From sequence record SRR20825006_1036: a DNA stretch of 50,989 nt. One strand, written 5' to 3'. Of the stretch, positions 10,138 to 20,298 are shown one piece after another. Every line of letters starts with the position of its first letter. Positions within the stretch are counted from its first letter, which is position 1. A model generated the notes under the pieces. It made no database searches. It saw only the letters and a program-made list of their open reading frames with translations, and was not told where the DNA came from. The translations under genes and the position numbers were made by a program.

Positions 10138-10713
10138 TCATCCGCCGAGGGCCGCCTCGATATCTGCCACGAGTTCCGGATCCGATGGGGTAGTGGCAGA
10201 GGGGTAGGCCTTGAGCGGTGTGCCGTCGCCATCGACGAGAATTTTATGGAAATTCCATTTCGGCTGCGCGGCCTCGCCAAGCATGTCCACGGCATTCAAA
10301 TAGAAAGGGTGCTCATCAGCGCCCGTCACAGCGTATTTCTTTGTCAGCGGGAATGTCACGCCGAAATTCAGCTGGCAGAACGTCTGGACCTCTTCCTCGG
10401 TCCCGGGTTCCTGCCCGCCGAAATCATTTGAAGGGATGCCGAGAATGACGAGCCCTTCCGCTCGCTTCGCTTCATACAGTGCCTGGAGGCCCTCATACTG
10501 TTTGGTGTAGCCGCATTTGGAGGCTGTATTCACGACGAGGATCGCCTTTGCATCAAGTGCTTCAAGGTCGACTGGCTTTCCATCAATGCTCGTAAATTGC
10601 GTTGCCGTCATGGAAGGGGTTTCCGAATTGCTAGGGGATTGTGCCTGGCTTCCTGTCGGGACTGCCAGGACAAGGCAAACGACGGCGAGGGCTGGGACAA
10701 GGAATTGGCGCAT
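10138..10713 (-). CDS. Glutathione peroxidase (Cys type) with signal peptide
   Basis: VNTASKCGYT, PSNDFGGQEPG, PKWNFHK; start chosen at MRQFLV. Confidence 0.93.
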   Translation of the reverse strand: MRQFLVPALAVVCLVLAVPTGSQAQSPSNSETPSMTATQFTSIDGKPVDLEALDAKAILVVNTASKCGYTKQYEGLQALYEAKRAEGLVILGIPSNDFGGQEPGTEEEVQTFCQLNFGVTFPLTKKYAVTGADEHPFYLNAVDMLGEAAQPKWNFHKILVDGDGTPLKAYPSATTPSDPELVADIEAALGG

Positions 10714-10777
10714 GGGGGCAGGTTCCTGTGCATCTGACGTCAGATGATAGGGCAAACCACGCAGCTGTCACGTCTTC

Positions 10778-11140
10778 CTATCGAACAGGCCGTGGATCGG
10801 TTGCATCCAGCCGGATTGCCGCCTCGATGATTTGATCCAGTTGGGCGTCGATCTGATCGACCGAATGGATTTTTACATGGCGCAGAGCCTTGCCGGTGCC
10901 TTCGATCCGGTCTGGAAAGGACGGCGCAAGTTCGGCACCATAGAATATCTGGAGATTGCAGCGGTCCTTGTATGCCGCGATCGAGAATATCCGCTCGGTC
11001 CCACTCCAACACGGAAAGCCCCAGGCGAGCTTGCAGGTCAGGCCGGGGCCTGCCCGCTCAATGCGCGCTCGAAGGCTTTCCGCAATCTCGAATTGGGCCG
11101 GATCGAGTTCCGAAAACCAGGTTTCCGTCGTCTTGGCCAC
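10778..11140 (-). CDS. DUF1801 (YdhG-like) domain protein
   Basis: KLAWGFPCW, FYGAEL, IEGTGKALRHVKI motifs; GTG start. Confidence 0.82.
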   Translation of the reverse strand: MAKTTETWFSELDPAQFEIAESLRARIERAGPGLTCKLAWGFPCWSGTERIFSIAAYKDRCNLQIFYGAELAPSFPDRIEGTGKALRHVKIHSVDQIDAQLDQIIEAAIRLDATDPRPVR

Positions 11141-11149
11141 GAATGGGGC

Positions 11150-11392
11150 CTACTTCTTCTTTGCGCGCTTGGCTTTGTCGTTGGCCTTGGGCGGCATTAC
11201 TTCGAACGTCATCTGGAGGTTCACGCGATACTTTTCGATCTTGCCGTTCTTGATTGTGGTGTACATTTCGTTGACGTAAGCCGATGCGAGGCCTTTGACG
11301 GTGGCGTCAAAGCGTGTGACCGCTGTCTGAATCGCATCCTCGAAGGAGTTGGTCGATTCCGACATGATCTGTTCTGATTTCATGATGGCCAT
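11150..11392 (-). CDS. Dodecin family protein with basic C-terminal tail
   Basis: SESTNSFEDAIQTAV...GKIEKYRVNLQMTFEV pattern; AAAGGGA RBS. Confidence 0.82.
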   Translation of the reverse strand: MAIMKSEQIMSESTNSFEDAIQTAVTRFDATVKGLASAYVNEMYTTIKNGKIEKYRVNLQMTFEVMPPKANDKAKRAKKK

Positions 11393-11478
11393 GGTGCGTC
11401 CCTTTCGCGTTGAAAGGGTCATTCAAGACCTTTTAGGCCCAAAAGCCAAATGAACATTGGGAAGGGACGGGTGCGACC

Positions 11479-11814
11479 CTAGATGGTCGTGAGTTGAAAA
11501 CCCGCTTCAGAACCTTTTTGCCAGACAACGCGTGCGGGGCCCTGCAGGCCCACTCCCTTGGCATGAAGGGTCACGAATTCAGGCATGCCCTCATTGGTCG
11601 GAAACCGGAGGCGAACGCCTGTGTCAGAATAGTCCAGAACGATACCGCGACGCTTGTAGCCGGATTCGTAAACGACATTTGCTTCCCGATAGACCGATGC
11701 ACGGACGGGACGTGGCCGTTCTTTTACGGGCGTCACCATCTGTTCTACGCGCGCAGAGGCGGGAGCCTCGGAATCGGAACTTGACGTCTTGAACAGGCGG
11801 TTTAGCAATTTCAT
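11479..11814 (-). CDS. Single-domain PilZ protein
   Basis: DxSxxG (DYSDTG) and ARVVWQKGSEAGFQ; start at MKLLNRLF with GGA RBS. Confidence 0.8.
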   Translation of the reverse strand: MKLLNRLFKTSSSDSEAPASARVEQMVTPVKERPRPVRASVYREANVVYESGYKRRGIVLDYSDTGVRLRFPTNEGMPEFVTLHAKGVGLQGPARVVWQKGSEAGFQLTTI

Positions 11815-11904
11815 TTTGGGCGGAATCCTTATCCGAAGATTTTCTTGCAACCGCCATGCCAAATCAGGCTGCTCGGTCAGAATATACCCAAACTTCTTCA
11901 AGAC

Positions 11905-11938
11905 AAGTAAAGAAGCAGCACTCTAAAGCGCTGCTTCT
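11905..11938 (-). terminator. Intrinsic terminator downstream of the M13 peptidase
   Basis: 12-bp stem AGAAGCAGCGCT/AGTGCTGCTTCT (one G-U), 4-nt loop, followed by TTACTT on minus strand. Confidence 0.6.
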
Positions 11939-11965
11939 GTAGTGTATGCTACGGTTTATAACCGT

Positions 11966-14188
11966 TTACCAAATCCGGATGCGCTGCTCAGGCGGCAGGT
12001 ACATCTCGTCATCTTCCGTCACGTCAAAGGCTTCGTACCATTCTGCCATGTTCTGAACGACGCCGTTTACCCGGTAAACGGGTGGGGAATGTGGGTCTGT
12101 CAGCAGCTGGCGACGGGTTGCCTCTTCGCGGTACTTGGACCGCCAGACCTGGGCCCAGGCCAGGAAGAAGCGCTGATCACCGCTCAGTCCGTCCAGCACA
12201 GGCGCTTCCTCATCCGGGCTGATCGTGCCGTTGCCATCTGTGTCGAGGCTGAGCTTGTAGGCCTTGTATGCCATCGAAAGACCGCCGAGATCGCCGATAT
12301 TCTCGCCGAGTGTCAGCGCGCCATTCACACAGGTTTCCCCATCATCCAGGGGACAGAAAGCATTATATTGCTCTACGAGCGCGCCGGTCTTGGCCTTGAA
12401 ATTGGATTCGTCTTCAGCGGTCCACCAATTGCGGAGCGTGCCATTTCCGTCGGATTTGGCGCCCTGATCATCGAAGCCGTGGCCCATTTCGTGACCAATG
12501 ACGCCGCCGATCGCACCATAATTGACGGCGGGGTCTGCAGTCAGATTGAAGAAAGGCGGCTGAAGGATGGCAGCGGGAAACACGATTTCGTTCCGGTTGG
12601 GCGAATAATAGGCGTTCACCGTCTGGGGCAACATGAACCATTCGGTCTTGTCGATCGGCTGGCCGAGCTGGGAGATCATGTCCTTCCAGGCCCAGTCATT
12701 CACCGCCATGGAGTTGGCGAAGGCGTCCGGGCCCACATTCAGGTCCGCATAGGTCTCGAAGTTCTCCGGATATCCAATTTTTGGGGTGAATTTGGCGAGC
12801 TTGTCATGTGCTTCTGTCTTCGTGTCGTCGCCCATCCAGTCGATCTCATCGAGATTGCTGGCCATGGCCGCTCGCAAATTCTCTACCAGATCGTCCATGG
12901 CTGCCTTGTTCTCGCTCGGGAAGAAGCGCTCGGCATAGACTTTGCCGACACCTTCTCCGACGGAGCCTTCGACGGTTGAGACTGCACGCTTCCAGCGCTC
13001 GCGCTGTTCTTCGGCACCGCCCAGTTTCTTGCCATAAAATTCGAAGGTCGCCTCATCCAGGCGGCGGGGCAGGACATCGGCGTGATCGATCAGGAAGTGG
13101 GCCGCTAGATAAGCCTTCCAGTCCTCAAGTGAGGCGGTTTGCATGATCTCGAACAGGCCGCCTATGCCGCCGCCCGAGACTTTTTCGATCTGTTCCGCGG
13201 TGAGCCCGTTTTCTGCGATCTCTTCGGCTGTCGGAGTGACCTGGCGCACGACAAAGGATTCTTCGCTGTTCAGGCCAAGGTCCATGAGCATCGTCGCCAC
13301 CGGGAAGTCTCCGCCGAGCTGTTCCAACTCTGCGCGGCTCATCTTGTTGTAGGTGAGGTTGCGATTCCGGCCTGTTGCGCGGTCCCAATGGGCGCGAGCA
13401 ATACGGGTCTCGAGCGCGATCACGCGGTCTGCCGCCGCCTCAGCCTCCTCGTAGCCTGCTTCTGTCAGCAGGGTGGTCAGCATGGCTTTGTAGGCCGCGC
13501 GGATTTCAAGGTTTTTCTCTGTATCGTCGAGATAATAGTCACGGTCGCCAATGCCGAGCCCGGCTTGGGTCACATAGAAGATGTACTGGTCGGTCTGCTT
13601 GGAATCGACATCGACCCAGCCCGCGATAGGGGAGGCGTAGCCCGTTGCCGCAAACAGCTTGGCGAGGTCTTCCCGGCTATCGATGTTCTTGATCTTGCTG
13701 AGATAGGGCGTGGCGGGGGCGAGGCCAGCGGTTTCGATACCGCTCGTGTCCATATAGGCGTTGTAGACAGAGGCGACCTTGCCTTCGAGTGTGGCTGGAT
13801 CAGGTTCGGCTTCGGCAAGCTCCTGAATGATATTGAGTACGCGCTGCTCTGACTTTTCAGCCAGCAGAGTGAAGGCGCCATAGCGTGTGCGATCACTCGG
13901 GATAACGAAACTGTCGAGCCATTTGCCATTGGCATAGGCATAGAAGTTGTCGCCGGGTGCGATGGAGTCATCGCGCAATGTGAGGTCAACACCCCAGTCC
14001 CCCCAATAGTCAGCAGCAGACAGCTCCAGGCCTTCTGCGGTGACATATTTGCCTGCTTCGTTGGGCGTGTTCGAGGATGTTGATGTTACTGCCGCAGTCT
14101 CTGCTGACTGACCAGTGTCTTCCGTGGATGCCGGCGAACAGGCGGTGAGGAGGGCAATGGTCGCTGCCCCGAGCATGAGGTGTTTCAT
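11966..14188 (-). CDS. M13 family zinc metallopeptidase (PepO/neprilysin-like), lipoprotein
   Basis: LTAC lipobox, VNAYY, HEMGH, GENIGD motifs. Confidence 0.96.
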   Translation of the reverse strand: MKHLMLGAATIALLTACSPASTEDTGQSAETAAVTSTSSNTPNEAGKYVTAEGLELSAADYWGDWGVDLTLRDDSIAPGDNFYAYANGKWLDSFVIPSDRTRYGAFTLLAEKSEQRVLNIIQELAEAEPDPATLEGKVASVYNAYMDTSGIETAGLAPATPYLSKIKNIDSREDLAKLFAATGYASPIAGWVDVDSKQTDQYIFYVTQAGLGIGDRDYYLDDTEKNLEIRAAYKAMLTTLLTEAGYEEAEAAADRVIALETRIARAHWDRATGRNRNLTYNKMSRAELEQLGGDFPVATMLMDLGLNSEESFVVRQVTPTAEEIAENGLTAEQIEKVSGGGIGGLFEIMQTASLEDWKAYLAAHFLIDHADVLPRRLDEATFEFYGKKLGGAEEQRERWKRAVSTVEGSVGEGVGKVYAERFFPSENKAAMDDLVENLRAAMASNLDEIDWMGDDTKTEAHDKLAKFTPKIGYPENFETYADLNVGPDAFANSMAVNDWAWKDMISQLGQPIDKTEWFMLPQTVNAYYSPNRNEIVFPAAILQPPFFNLTADPAVNYGAIGGVIGHEMGHGFDDQGAKSDGNGTLRNWWTAEDESNFKAKTGALVEQYNAFCPLDDGETCVNGALTLGENIGDLGGLSMAYKAYKLSLDTDGNGTISPDEEAPVLDGLSGDQRFFLAWAQVWRSKYREEATRRQLLTDPHSPPVYRVNGVVQNMAEWYEAFDVTEDDEMYLPPEQRIRIW

Positions 14189-14212
14189 TTAAGGTCTCTC
14201 CAGTAATATGGA

Positions 14213-14246
14213 TAAAGGCCCGACGCCTGATCCGGGCGGGCCTTTA
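14213..14246 (-). terminator. Hairpin/terminator between the RND permease and the M13 peptidase
   Basis: Perfect 10-bp inverted repeat TAAAGGCCCG...CGGGCCTTTA. Confidence 0.6.
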
Positions 14247-14262
14247 CCGTGTTGCGTACATT

Positions 14263-17200
14263 TTATTCGGCGGGAGCCATTGGACCAAGTCCGCCATCTT
14301 TGCTCGTGCCAATCAATTCATCCTCGTCGATGGTCACTTCTCCGCTATAGGTCTCACCGATCTGGCGGAAAGGCTTGCCGCCCCAGGTCCAGCGGAAGAT
14401 CCGGCCAATCTCGACACCGACTGCGTAAAGGGCAGGGACCATCAACAATGAGACAAAAAGCGCGAATGCAACAGCTGCGCCCAATGACACAACCATCGGT
14501 TTGAGGAATTGTGCCTGAACGGATTTTTCTGCAATCAGTGGCAGGATGCCGACAAAGGTGGTGACGGAAGTCAACAGGATGGGCCGGAAGCGGGATACGC
14601 CCCCATCGACCAGCGCCTGAACGGCACCTGCGCCTTCATCCCGCCGTCGATTCACATAGTCGATCAGGACGAGATTGTCGTTGATCACGACCCCTGCGGC
14701 TGCAGCAATGCCGAAGAACGAGAACATGGCCATCGGTGTATCAAATATCCAGAGCCCGAAGACTGCTCCGCAATAAGCAAAGGGCAGGGCCATCATCAGC
14801 AGCAGTGGCTGAGCGTAGGACCGGAAAGCCACTGCCAACAAGATGTACATCGCGCCGATGGCAATCAGGATCAATCGACCAACTTCTTCCATGAACTTCT
14901 GTTCTTCTTCGATGCCGCCCGCCACGCCGCGCTCGACATCCGGGAAGGTCTTCTCGAAGTCTGGCCAGAAATTTTCGTCCATTGAGGCCATGATCTGGTT
15001 TCGCCCGCCGTCGCCCAGCACTTCAGAATACACTGAGACTGACCGGGTGCGATTGCGACGAACGATGCGGTTGATCCCTGGTGCGTAATCGAAGTTTGCG
15101 ACCTGGGTAACCGGAATTTCGCGACCATCGGAAGTGCGAACACGAAGAGAATTCAGGCTGTCCAGATTTTCCCGGGCCGATTCCGGCAAGCGGACCATGA
15201 CGCGGACATCCTCGCCATCTCTCGGCAGGCGTTGGGCTTCTTCGCCATAATATGCCTGCCGGACCTGGTCGGTGACGCTGGCCAGCGTGATGCCGAGCGT
15301 TTCCGCGCCCGGTTTCAGCGAGATACGAATCTCTTCAGCGGCTGAGGAGAGGTTGTCTCCAATATCGTAGGCGTTGGCATAAGTTGCCAGGTGCTCTTTA
15401 ACTGCGGCAGCCGCTTCACGCAGACGGTCCAGGTCTTGATGGTTGAGGGCAAAGCGCACGCCGCTCTGTTCATCATTGAAGGTGAAATCGAAATTGATTT
15501 CTTCAGCATCCTGAATGTCACCGACATTCAGGCGTAATTGTTCGGCTATATCCTTGGACCGCAATCCGACAGGCCGGTCTTCGGGTGGCAAGACCCCAAT
15601 CCAGGCATTGACGCGCGTCCCGGACGCAACGACAGCGGCATCCTTGATCAGGCCACCCTCTATGTTCGGATATTGTTTGATCGATTCCGCCATCGTAACG
15701 TCGATACCGGCTTGCAGCTGGTCGCGGATCTGTTCGAGGCGGGTGTATGGCGTACCGTCTGGCATATCGATTTCGACCCGAACAAGGTCTGCTTCGATTT
15801 CCGGCATGAATTTGAAGGGTACGATGCCCATACCTGTGATCCGTGTCGCCAGGAAAAACAGGCAGAAGAAGAACATGACGGTCGCATAGCGGTAGCGGAT
15901 CGCCAGTTCGAGGAAGGGTTTGTAGAGGTTGTTGGCAAACCAGAGCAGGCTGTCTGCAATCGAGTGCTGCAGCTTCAGCAATTTGCCAGACGGGCCGTCG
16001 AAGGACTGGCGCTTCATATGTGACAGATGGCTCGGCAGGATCAGCATGCACTCGATGATCGAGAAGATCAGGGCCGCGACCACGACGAATGTGATTTGCT
16101 GGGTAAACATCCGGGTCGGGCCGCTAATGAATGCCCACGGCAGGAAGGCGATGATCGTGGTCAGAACGCCGAACACGACCGGTTTGAGCACGAGTTGCGT
16201 GCCGACAATGGCAGCGTCCAGGCCTTCGCGCCGTCCGCTTTCGATCTCGCGGTGAATATTCTCGCCGACTATGATGGCGTCATCCACGATCACCCCGATC
16301 ACCAGCAAGACAGCGAATGTGGAAAGGATGTTCCAGGAAACCCCGAAATAGGGGAGGAGCAAAATCCCGCCCGCAAAAGCGGTGATGATTCCGATCGTGA
16401 CCCATAGGGCCACAGTTGGACGCAGGAACAGCAGCAGGACCAGCATGACGAGAACGGCCCCGGTCAATGCAGATTGCTGGATCAAATCCATACGGGCATT
16501 GAAAGCCACGGAATCGTCAAACAGGATGTCGATCTTCACGGCTTCCGGGAGGATGCCGTTGGAAGGGTCATTGGCGCGGTCCACATATGCCTTGATGTCG
16601 TCAGTATATTCGACAATGTGCATCGTGTTCGGCTGGGGAACCTGCACGAAGACGGTTGGCTCGTTATTGTATGTGGCCTTGAACTTGTCTGTTGCGAAGC
16701 CGTCATCGATCGTGGCGACGTCGGCCACGCGGATAGTGCCCTGTTCGGTCGATTGGCGGATGATGATGTTACCAAATTGATCCGCTGTGTCGGCCAATTG
16801 CCGAGCCGTGATGGCAACGTCGCCGGTTGAAGATTCAATTCGGCCGCCTGACGAGTTCAGCGAGGATTGACGAATAGCACTGGCCACATCACTGAAGCTC
16901 AGCCCGTATCGGCGCAATTGTTCTTCCGATACTTCGATGTTGACTTGTTCGTCGATAACGCCGCCCAGCTGCGCCAGCTCACCCCCGTTAATGTTGGCAA
17001 TGTCATCACGAACCCGGTCGCCGACGCGCCGCAGCGTGCGTGCGTCCACATTGCCGTGGACGGACAGGCCAATGTAGTTGTTGCGCTGTTCCCAACGTGT
17101 CACCTGCGGCTGGAACGCCGCTTGGGGCATATTGTTGATCTGATCGACGCGAATTTTCACGTCATCCAGAAACTTGTCCATGTCGATATCGTCGCGACCC

Positions 17201-17484
17201 TTGATGTTGACGACACCGAAGCCTTCATTCGCGATCGAGGTGATCCGGTCGAGGCCGTCAATGTCCGCGACAGCCTCTTCAATACGTGTAACGATCTGGT
17301 CTTCGACATCCTGTGGCGAAGCGCCATTCCAGGTAACCGATACCGAGGCACCCGTGATGTTCACCACGGGGAACATTTCCTGTTCCATCTTGGTGTAGCC
17401 GAAAACTCCGCCCGTGAAGGCGACGATCATCAGAAGGTTTGCGGCGACGGCGTTACGGGCGAACCATGCGACAATCCCCGTCAT
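14263..17484 (-). CDS. RND efflux transporter permease (AcrB/AcrD/AcrF family)
   Basis: 1073 aa; N-terminal WFARNAVAANLLM, IVDDAIIVGEN, RFRPILLTS. Confidence 0.96.
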   Translation of the reverse strand: MTGIVAWFARNAVAANLLMIVAFTGGVFGYTKMEQEMFPVVNITGASVSVTWNGASPQDVEDQIVTRIEEAVADIDGLDRITSIANEGFGVVNIKGRDDIDMDKFLDDVKIRVDQINNMPQAAFQPQVTRWEQRNNYIGLSVHGNVDARTLRRVGDRVRDDIANINGGELAQLGGVIDEQVNIEVSEEQLRRYGLSFSDVASAIRQSSLNSSGGRIESSTGDVAITARQLADTADQFGNIIIRQSTEQGTIRVADVATIDDGFATDKFKATYNNEPTVFVQVPQPNTMHIVEYTDDIKAYVDRANDPSNGILPEAVKIDILFDDSVAFNARMDLIQQSALTGAVLVMLVLLLFLRPTVALWVTIGIITAFAGGILLLPYFGVSWNILSTFAVLLVIGVIVDDAIIVGENIHREIESGRREGLDAAIVGTQLVLKPVVFGVLTTIIAFLPWAFISGPTRMFTQQITFVVVAALIFSIIECMLILPSHLSHMKRQSFDGPSGKLLKLQHSIADSLLWFANNLYKPFLELAIRYRYATVMFFFCLFFLATRITGMGIVPFKFMPEIEADLVRVEIDMPDGTPYTRLEQIRDQLQAGIDVTMAESIKQYPNIEGGLIKDAAVVASGTRVNAWIGVLPPEDRPVGLRSKDIAEQLRLNVGDIQDAEEINFDFTFNDEQSGVRFALNHQDLDRLREAAAAVKEHLATYANAYDIGDNLSSAAEEIRISLKPGAETLGITLASVTDQVRQAYYGEEAQRLPRDGEDVRVMVRLPESARENLDSLNSLRVRTSDGREIPVTQVANFDYAPGINRIVRRNRTRSVSVYSEVLGDGGRNQIMASMDENFWPDFEKTFPDVERGVAGGIEEEQKFMEEVGRLILIAIGAMYILLAVAFRSYAQPLLLMMALPFAYCGAVFGLWIFDTPMAMFSFFGIAAAAGVVINDNLVLIDYVNRRRDEGAGAVQALVDGGVSRFRPILLTSVTTFVGILPLIAEKSVQAQFLKPMVVSLGAAVAFALFVSLLMVPALYAVGVEIGRIFRWTWGGKPFRQIGETYSGEVTIDEDELIGTSKDGGLGPMAPAE

Positions 17485-18752
17485 TGGGCTGCTCCTTCAC
17501 CTGTGGTTGACGCAATTGCTGCTGGCTCGCCGGAGCTGGAGGATTCCTCGGTCCGCTCGGGCTCGTAAATCGTGATTGTACCATCTTCCATACGTTGCAT
17601 GACGGTGATGCTCATACCTTCGAACGGGGCCTGGATGGGGCTGGTGATGGCCAGTTCACCGGGCTCGACACCTGACGCAAGATAGGCTCCATCAGGATCG
17701 GAGTAGATCAGCTTCACCTGGCGGATCGCCAGCTTGCCTTCGTCTGGCAAGCCGACGAATAGGCGATCATCTCCGCGTAGAGCGCCGCGTGGTGCAATCA
17801 GCACGTTTTCGAGTGTTTCCCCCTGAATGATGGCGGTCACGAAAAGGCCGGGTGCCATGGGTGCGTCGCCATCGGCGCCAGCGCCATACGGATCCTGAAG
17901 TTCGGCTATGACATTGATCTGGCGGGTTTGCGAATTCACAGCGGCTGCCGTCCGGACGACCTGTCCGTGCCACTCGCGCTCTACGCCGCCAACCGTGGCG
18001 CGGAAGGTCACATCCGGACCGGGCTGGGCCTTGCTGGAACTGAAGGCAAGGGGCAGGCCCAGACGCCCCATTTCGGCGTCCTTGAGCGGCAGGGCGACTT
18101 CAACAACATCATTGGCGAAGATCTGGCCAAGTGACTGGCCGACAGAGACGACTTGACCAATATCAACATTGCGTTCCCGCACGCGGCCGGCAAAAGGTGC
18201 GTAGACGGCCGTTCGGTCAAGCGCCAATTGGGCGTCTTTCAATTGGGCTCTGGCAGATTCCAGCGCTGCGCGAGCGCCTGCCAGCTGAGGTTCACGGCGG
18301 GCGAGGGGAGAGGCGTCGGAAATACCGAGGTCCTCGATGTCCTGTAGCGCCAGTTCAGCTTCGGCCTCTTCGAGGGCAAGGGCCTGCTGGGCGCTGGCCA
18401 CGGTAGACTGGGCGCGTACAACTGCCAGTTCATAGTCAGCCGCCTCAACACGGACGAGCAGCTGACCTTTGTTGATGAAACCGCCATCGATGAAGTCAGG
18501 GGATACGTAGGAAATCCGGCCGGAAATTTGCGGGGCCACGATGATCTCGCGTCGCGGTCTTACCTCGCCTTGCGACTCCACGACGAGCGTCAGGTCGCCC
18601 TGGCGAACGGGCTCCGCAAATACATTCAGGCCGGCGCGGGCTTCCTCGGCTTTTTCAGGTTTGGGTTTGATCGCTGACAGAGCGGCCACGCCGCCGATAC
18701 CAACCACGGCGAGGATCCCGATCGGAATCAAAACTGAAATGAGGCGTCCCAT
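17481..18752 (-). CDS. RND periplasmic adaptor (membrane fusion protein)
   Basis: N-terminal TM, lipoyl half motifs (ISGRI; APFAGRV), coiled hairpin; 4-nt overlap with the permease. Confidence 0.94.
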   Translation of the reverse strand: MGRLISVLIPIGILAVVGIGGVAALSAIKPKPEKAEEARAGLNVFAEPVRQGDLTLVVESQGEVRPRREIIVAPQISGRISYVSPDFIDGGFINKGQLLVRVEAADYELAVVRAQSTVASAQQALALEEAEAELALQDIEDLGISDASPLARREPQLAGARAALESARAQLKDAQLALDRTAVYAPFAGRVRERNVDIGQVVSVGQSLGQIFANDVVEVALPLKDAEMGRLGLPLAFSSSKAQPGPDVTFRATVGGVEREWHGQVVRTAAAVNSQTRQINVIAELQDPYGAGADGDAPMAPGLFVTAIIQGETLENVLIAPRGALRGDDRLFVGLPDEGKLAIRQVKLIYSDPDGAYLASGVEPGELAITSPIQAPFEGMSITVMQRMEDGTITIYEPERTEESSSSGEPAAIASTTGEGAAQ

Positions 18753-18769
18753 GACTTATTCTCCTGCCG

Positions 18770-20224
18770 CTATTCTGCGGCGCTTTCTTGCGGGGCTTGA
18801 ACGGTGGTCGAGGCAGTCTGTACGGGCAGGCCGCCCCCAAGGGCTAGATGGTAGGAAATCCGGTTCGAAGCACGCGATGCGCGCGCGGAAACCAACTGGC
18901 TCTCAGAAGTGAGACGCCGGGTCTGGGCATCGATCAGATTGAACACGGTGATCGTACCACTTGTGTACTGGCGCTCGGCCAGTTCTTCGGCAAGGCGAGC
19001 CTCTTCCAAGGCGCGCAATTGCGCATCCTCTTGCAGGGCGAGATACGTGTCGGCTGCGATAGCGTCCTCGACTTCTCCCCACGCCGTCAGCGCAATGCCA
19101 GCATAGCTCGCAATCGCTGATTCTGCTTGCGCCACAGCGGCATCACGCTGGGCGTCCAGGCGCCCGCCCGTGAACAGTGGCTGGATCAGGCTTGCCACGA
19201 GCCGGGCGGCAATCCGCTCTGGATCGACCATGTCTGCAAATTCGGACTCGCTGGTAGAAATAGAGCCGGTCAAGCGCAGGGCGGGCAGCATGGCGAGGCG
19301 CGCTTGTTCCGCGCGCAGGCCGGCAGCAATGATACTCGCTTCGGCGCTCGCCACATCCGGGCGACGCGATAGCAACAGCATTGGATTGCCTTCTACGACC
19401 AGCGTTTCCAGCACCGGCAATTCAGCCGTGGCTTCGATTTCGGTTGCCGGATAGCGGCCTAGCAGGATTTCCAGCCGACGTGCGGCCTCACCTGATTGCT
19501 GACGGCGTTGAGCAATACTGGCTTCTGCGCCAGCAAGTGCGCTGCGTGCGGTGCGCACATCCAATGCTTGGGCCACTCCGCGCTGGAATCGGCGTTCGGT
19601 CAGAATGCGAACCCGGTCGCGTGCTTCATAAGTCAGTACTGCCACGCGCTCCTGCGCCAGTGCAGCGTTCAGATTGATCCAGGCAATGGCAGTTTGAGCG
19701 GCAACAGACAACTCGGCGGCGGCAAAGTCGGCTTCGGTTGCGGCAAGATCTGCTTCTGCGGCGGCAATACCACGTCCGAGCCGGTTCCAAAGATCGGCTT
19801 CCCAACTCGCATCAAGGCCCAGACCGTAAATTCCGTCCGTCGCTCGATCAAGATCACCGCCAACTTCAAAGGAATTGGATGTGACTCCAGCGCTGATGGA
19901 GCCGTCAATACTGACGGAACGCTGAGAACGGGCCGTGCGGATTGACGCAGCAGCTGCCCGGACAAGTGCGGCGCGTGATTCAAGCGTAGGGCTATTGGCC
20001 AGAGCCTCGCGCACCAGACTTTCCATGACCGGATCGCTGAACTGGCTTAGCCAGTCGCCGGTATTCGCCTGACCAGCAACACCTGATGCCGCCCAATCCA
20101 CTGGAGCGTCAGGCGCGATGGCAAAAATCTCCTCGCGATTTCCATCAATGCCGGGCAAATTTGCCTGTGATGTTGCGCAGGCCGCAAGAATTGCCGGGGC
20201 TAGTAGTAGAATTGATCGTGTCAT
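18770..20224 (-). CDS. Outer membrane efflux lipoprotein (TolC/NodT/OprM family)
   Basis: LAAC lipobox, SWEADLW, RRPDVASAE, ALGGG terminus; first gene of the RND operon. Confidence 0.93.
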   Translation of the reverse strand: MTRSILLLAPAILAACATSQANLPGIDGNREEIFAIAPDAPVDWAASGVAGQANTGDWLSQFSDPVMESLVREALANSPTLESRAALVRAAAASIRTARSQRSVSIDGSISAGVTSNSFEVGGDLDRATDGIYGLGLDASWEADLWNRLGRGIAAAEADLAATEADFAAAELSVAAQTAIAWINLNAALAQERVAVLTYEARDRVRILTERRFQRGVAQALDVRTARSALAGAEASIAQRRQQSGEAARRLEILLGRYPATEIEATAELPVLETLVVEGNPMLLLSRRPDVASAEASIIAAGLRAEQARLAMLPALRLTGSISTSESEFADMVDPERIAARLVASLIQPLFTGGRLDAQRDAAVAQAESAIASYAGIALTAWGEVEDAIAADTYLALQEDAQLRALEEARLAEELAERQYTSGTITVFNLIDAQTRRLTSESQLVSARASRASNRISYHLALGGGLPVQTASTTVQAPQESAAE

Positions 20225-20254
20225 GCCGTCGGCAACGCTCCTTTTTCCAGACGT

Positions 20255-20298
20255 CGGATACGCCCGCTCTAGTCGACTGTCAATGATAAATTATCGTT
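20255..20298 (-). promoter_or_regulatory. Putative sigma70 promoter of the RND operon with an overlapping palindrome
   Basis: TTGACA (20283-20278) N17 TATCCG (20260-20255); AATGATAA-A-TTATCGTT at 20282-20298. Confidence 0.5.

Noticed and set aside
10138..10713. Selenocysteine-type glutathione peroxidase
   Set aside because: The active-site codon is TGC (Cys); no in-frame TGA
11942..12979. 345-aa plus-strand ORF
   Set aside because: Antisense shadow of the M13 peptidase
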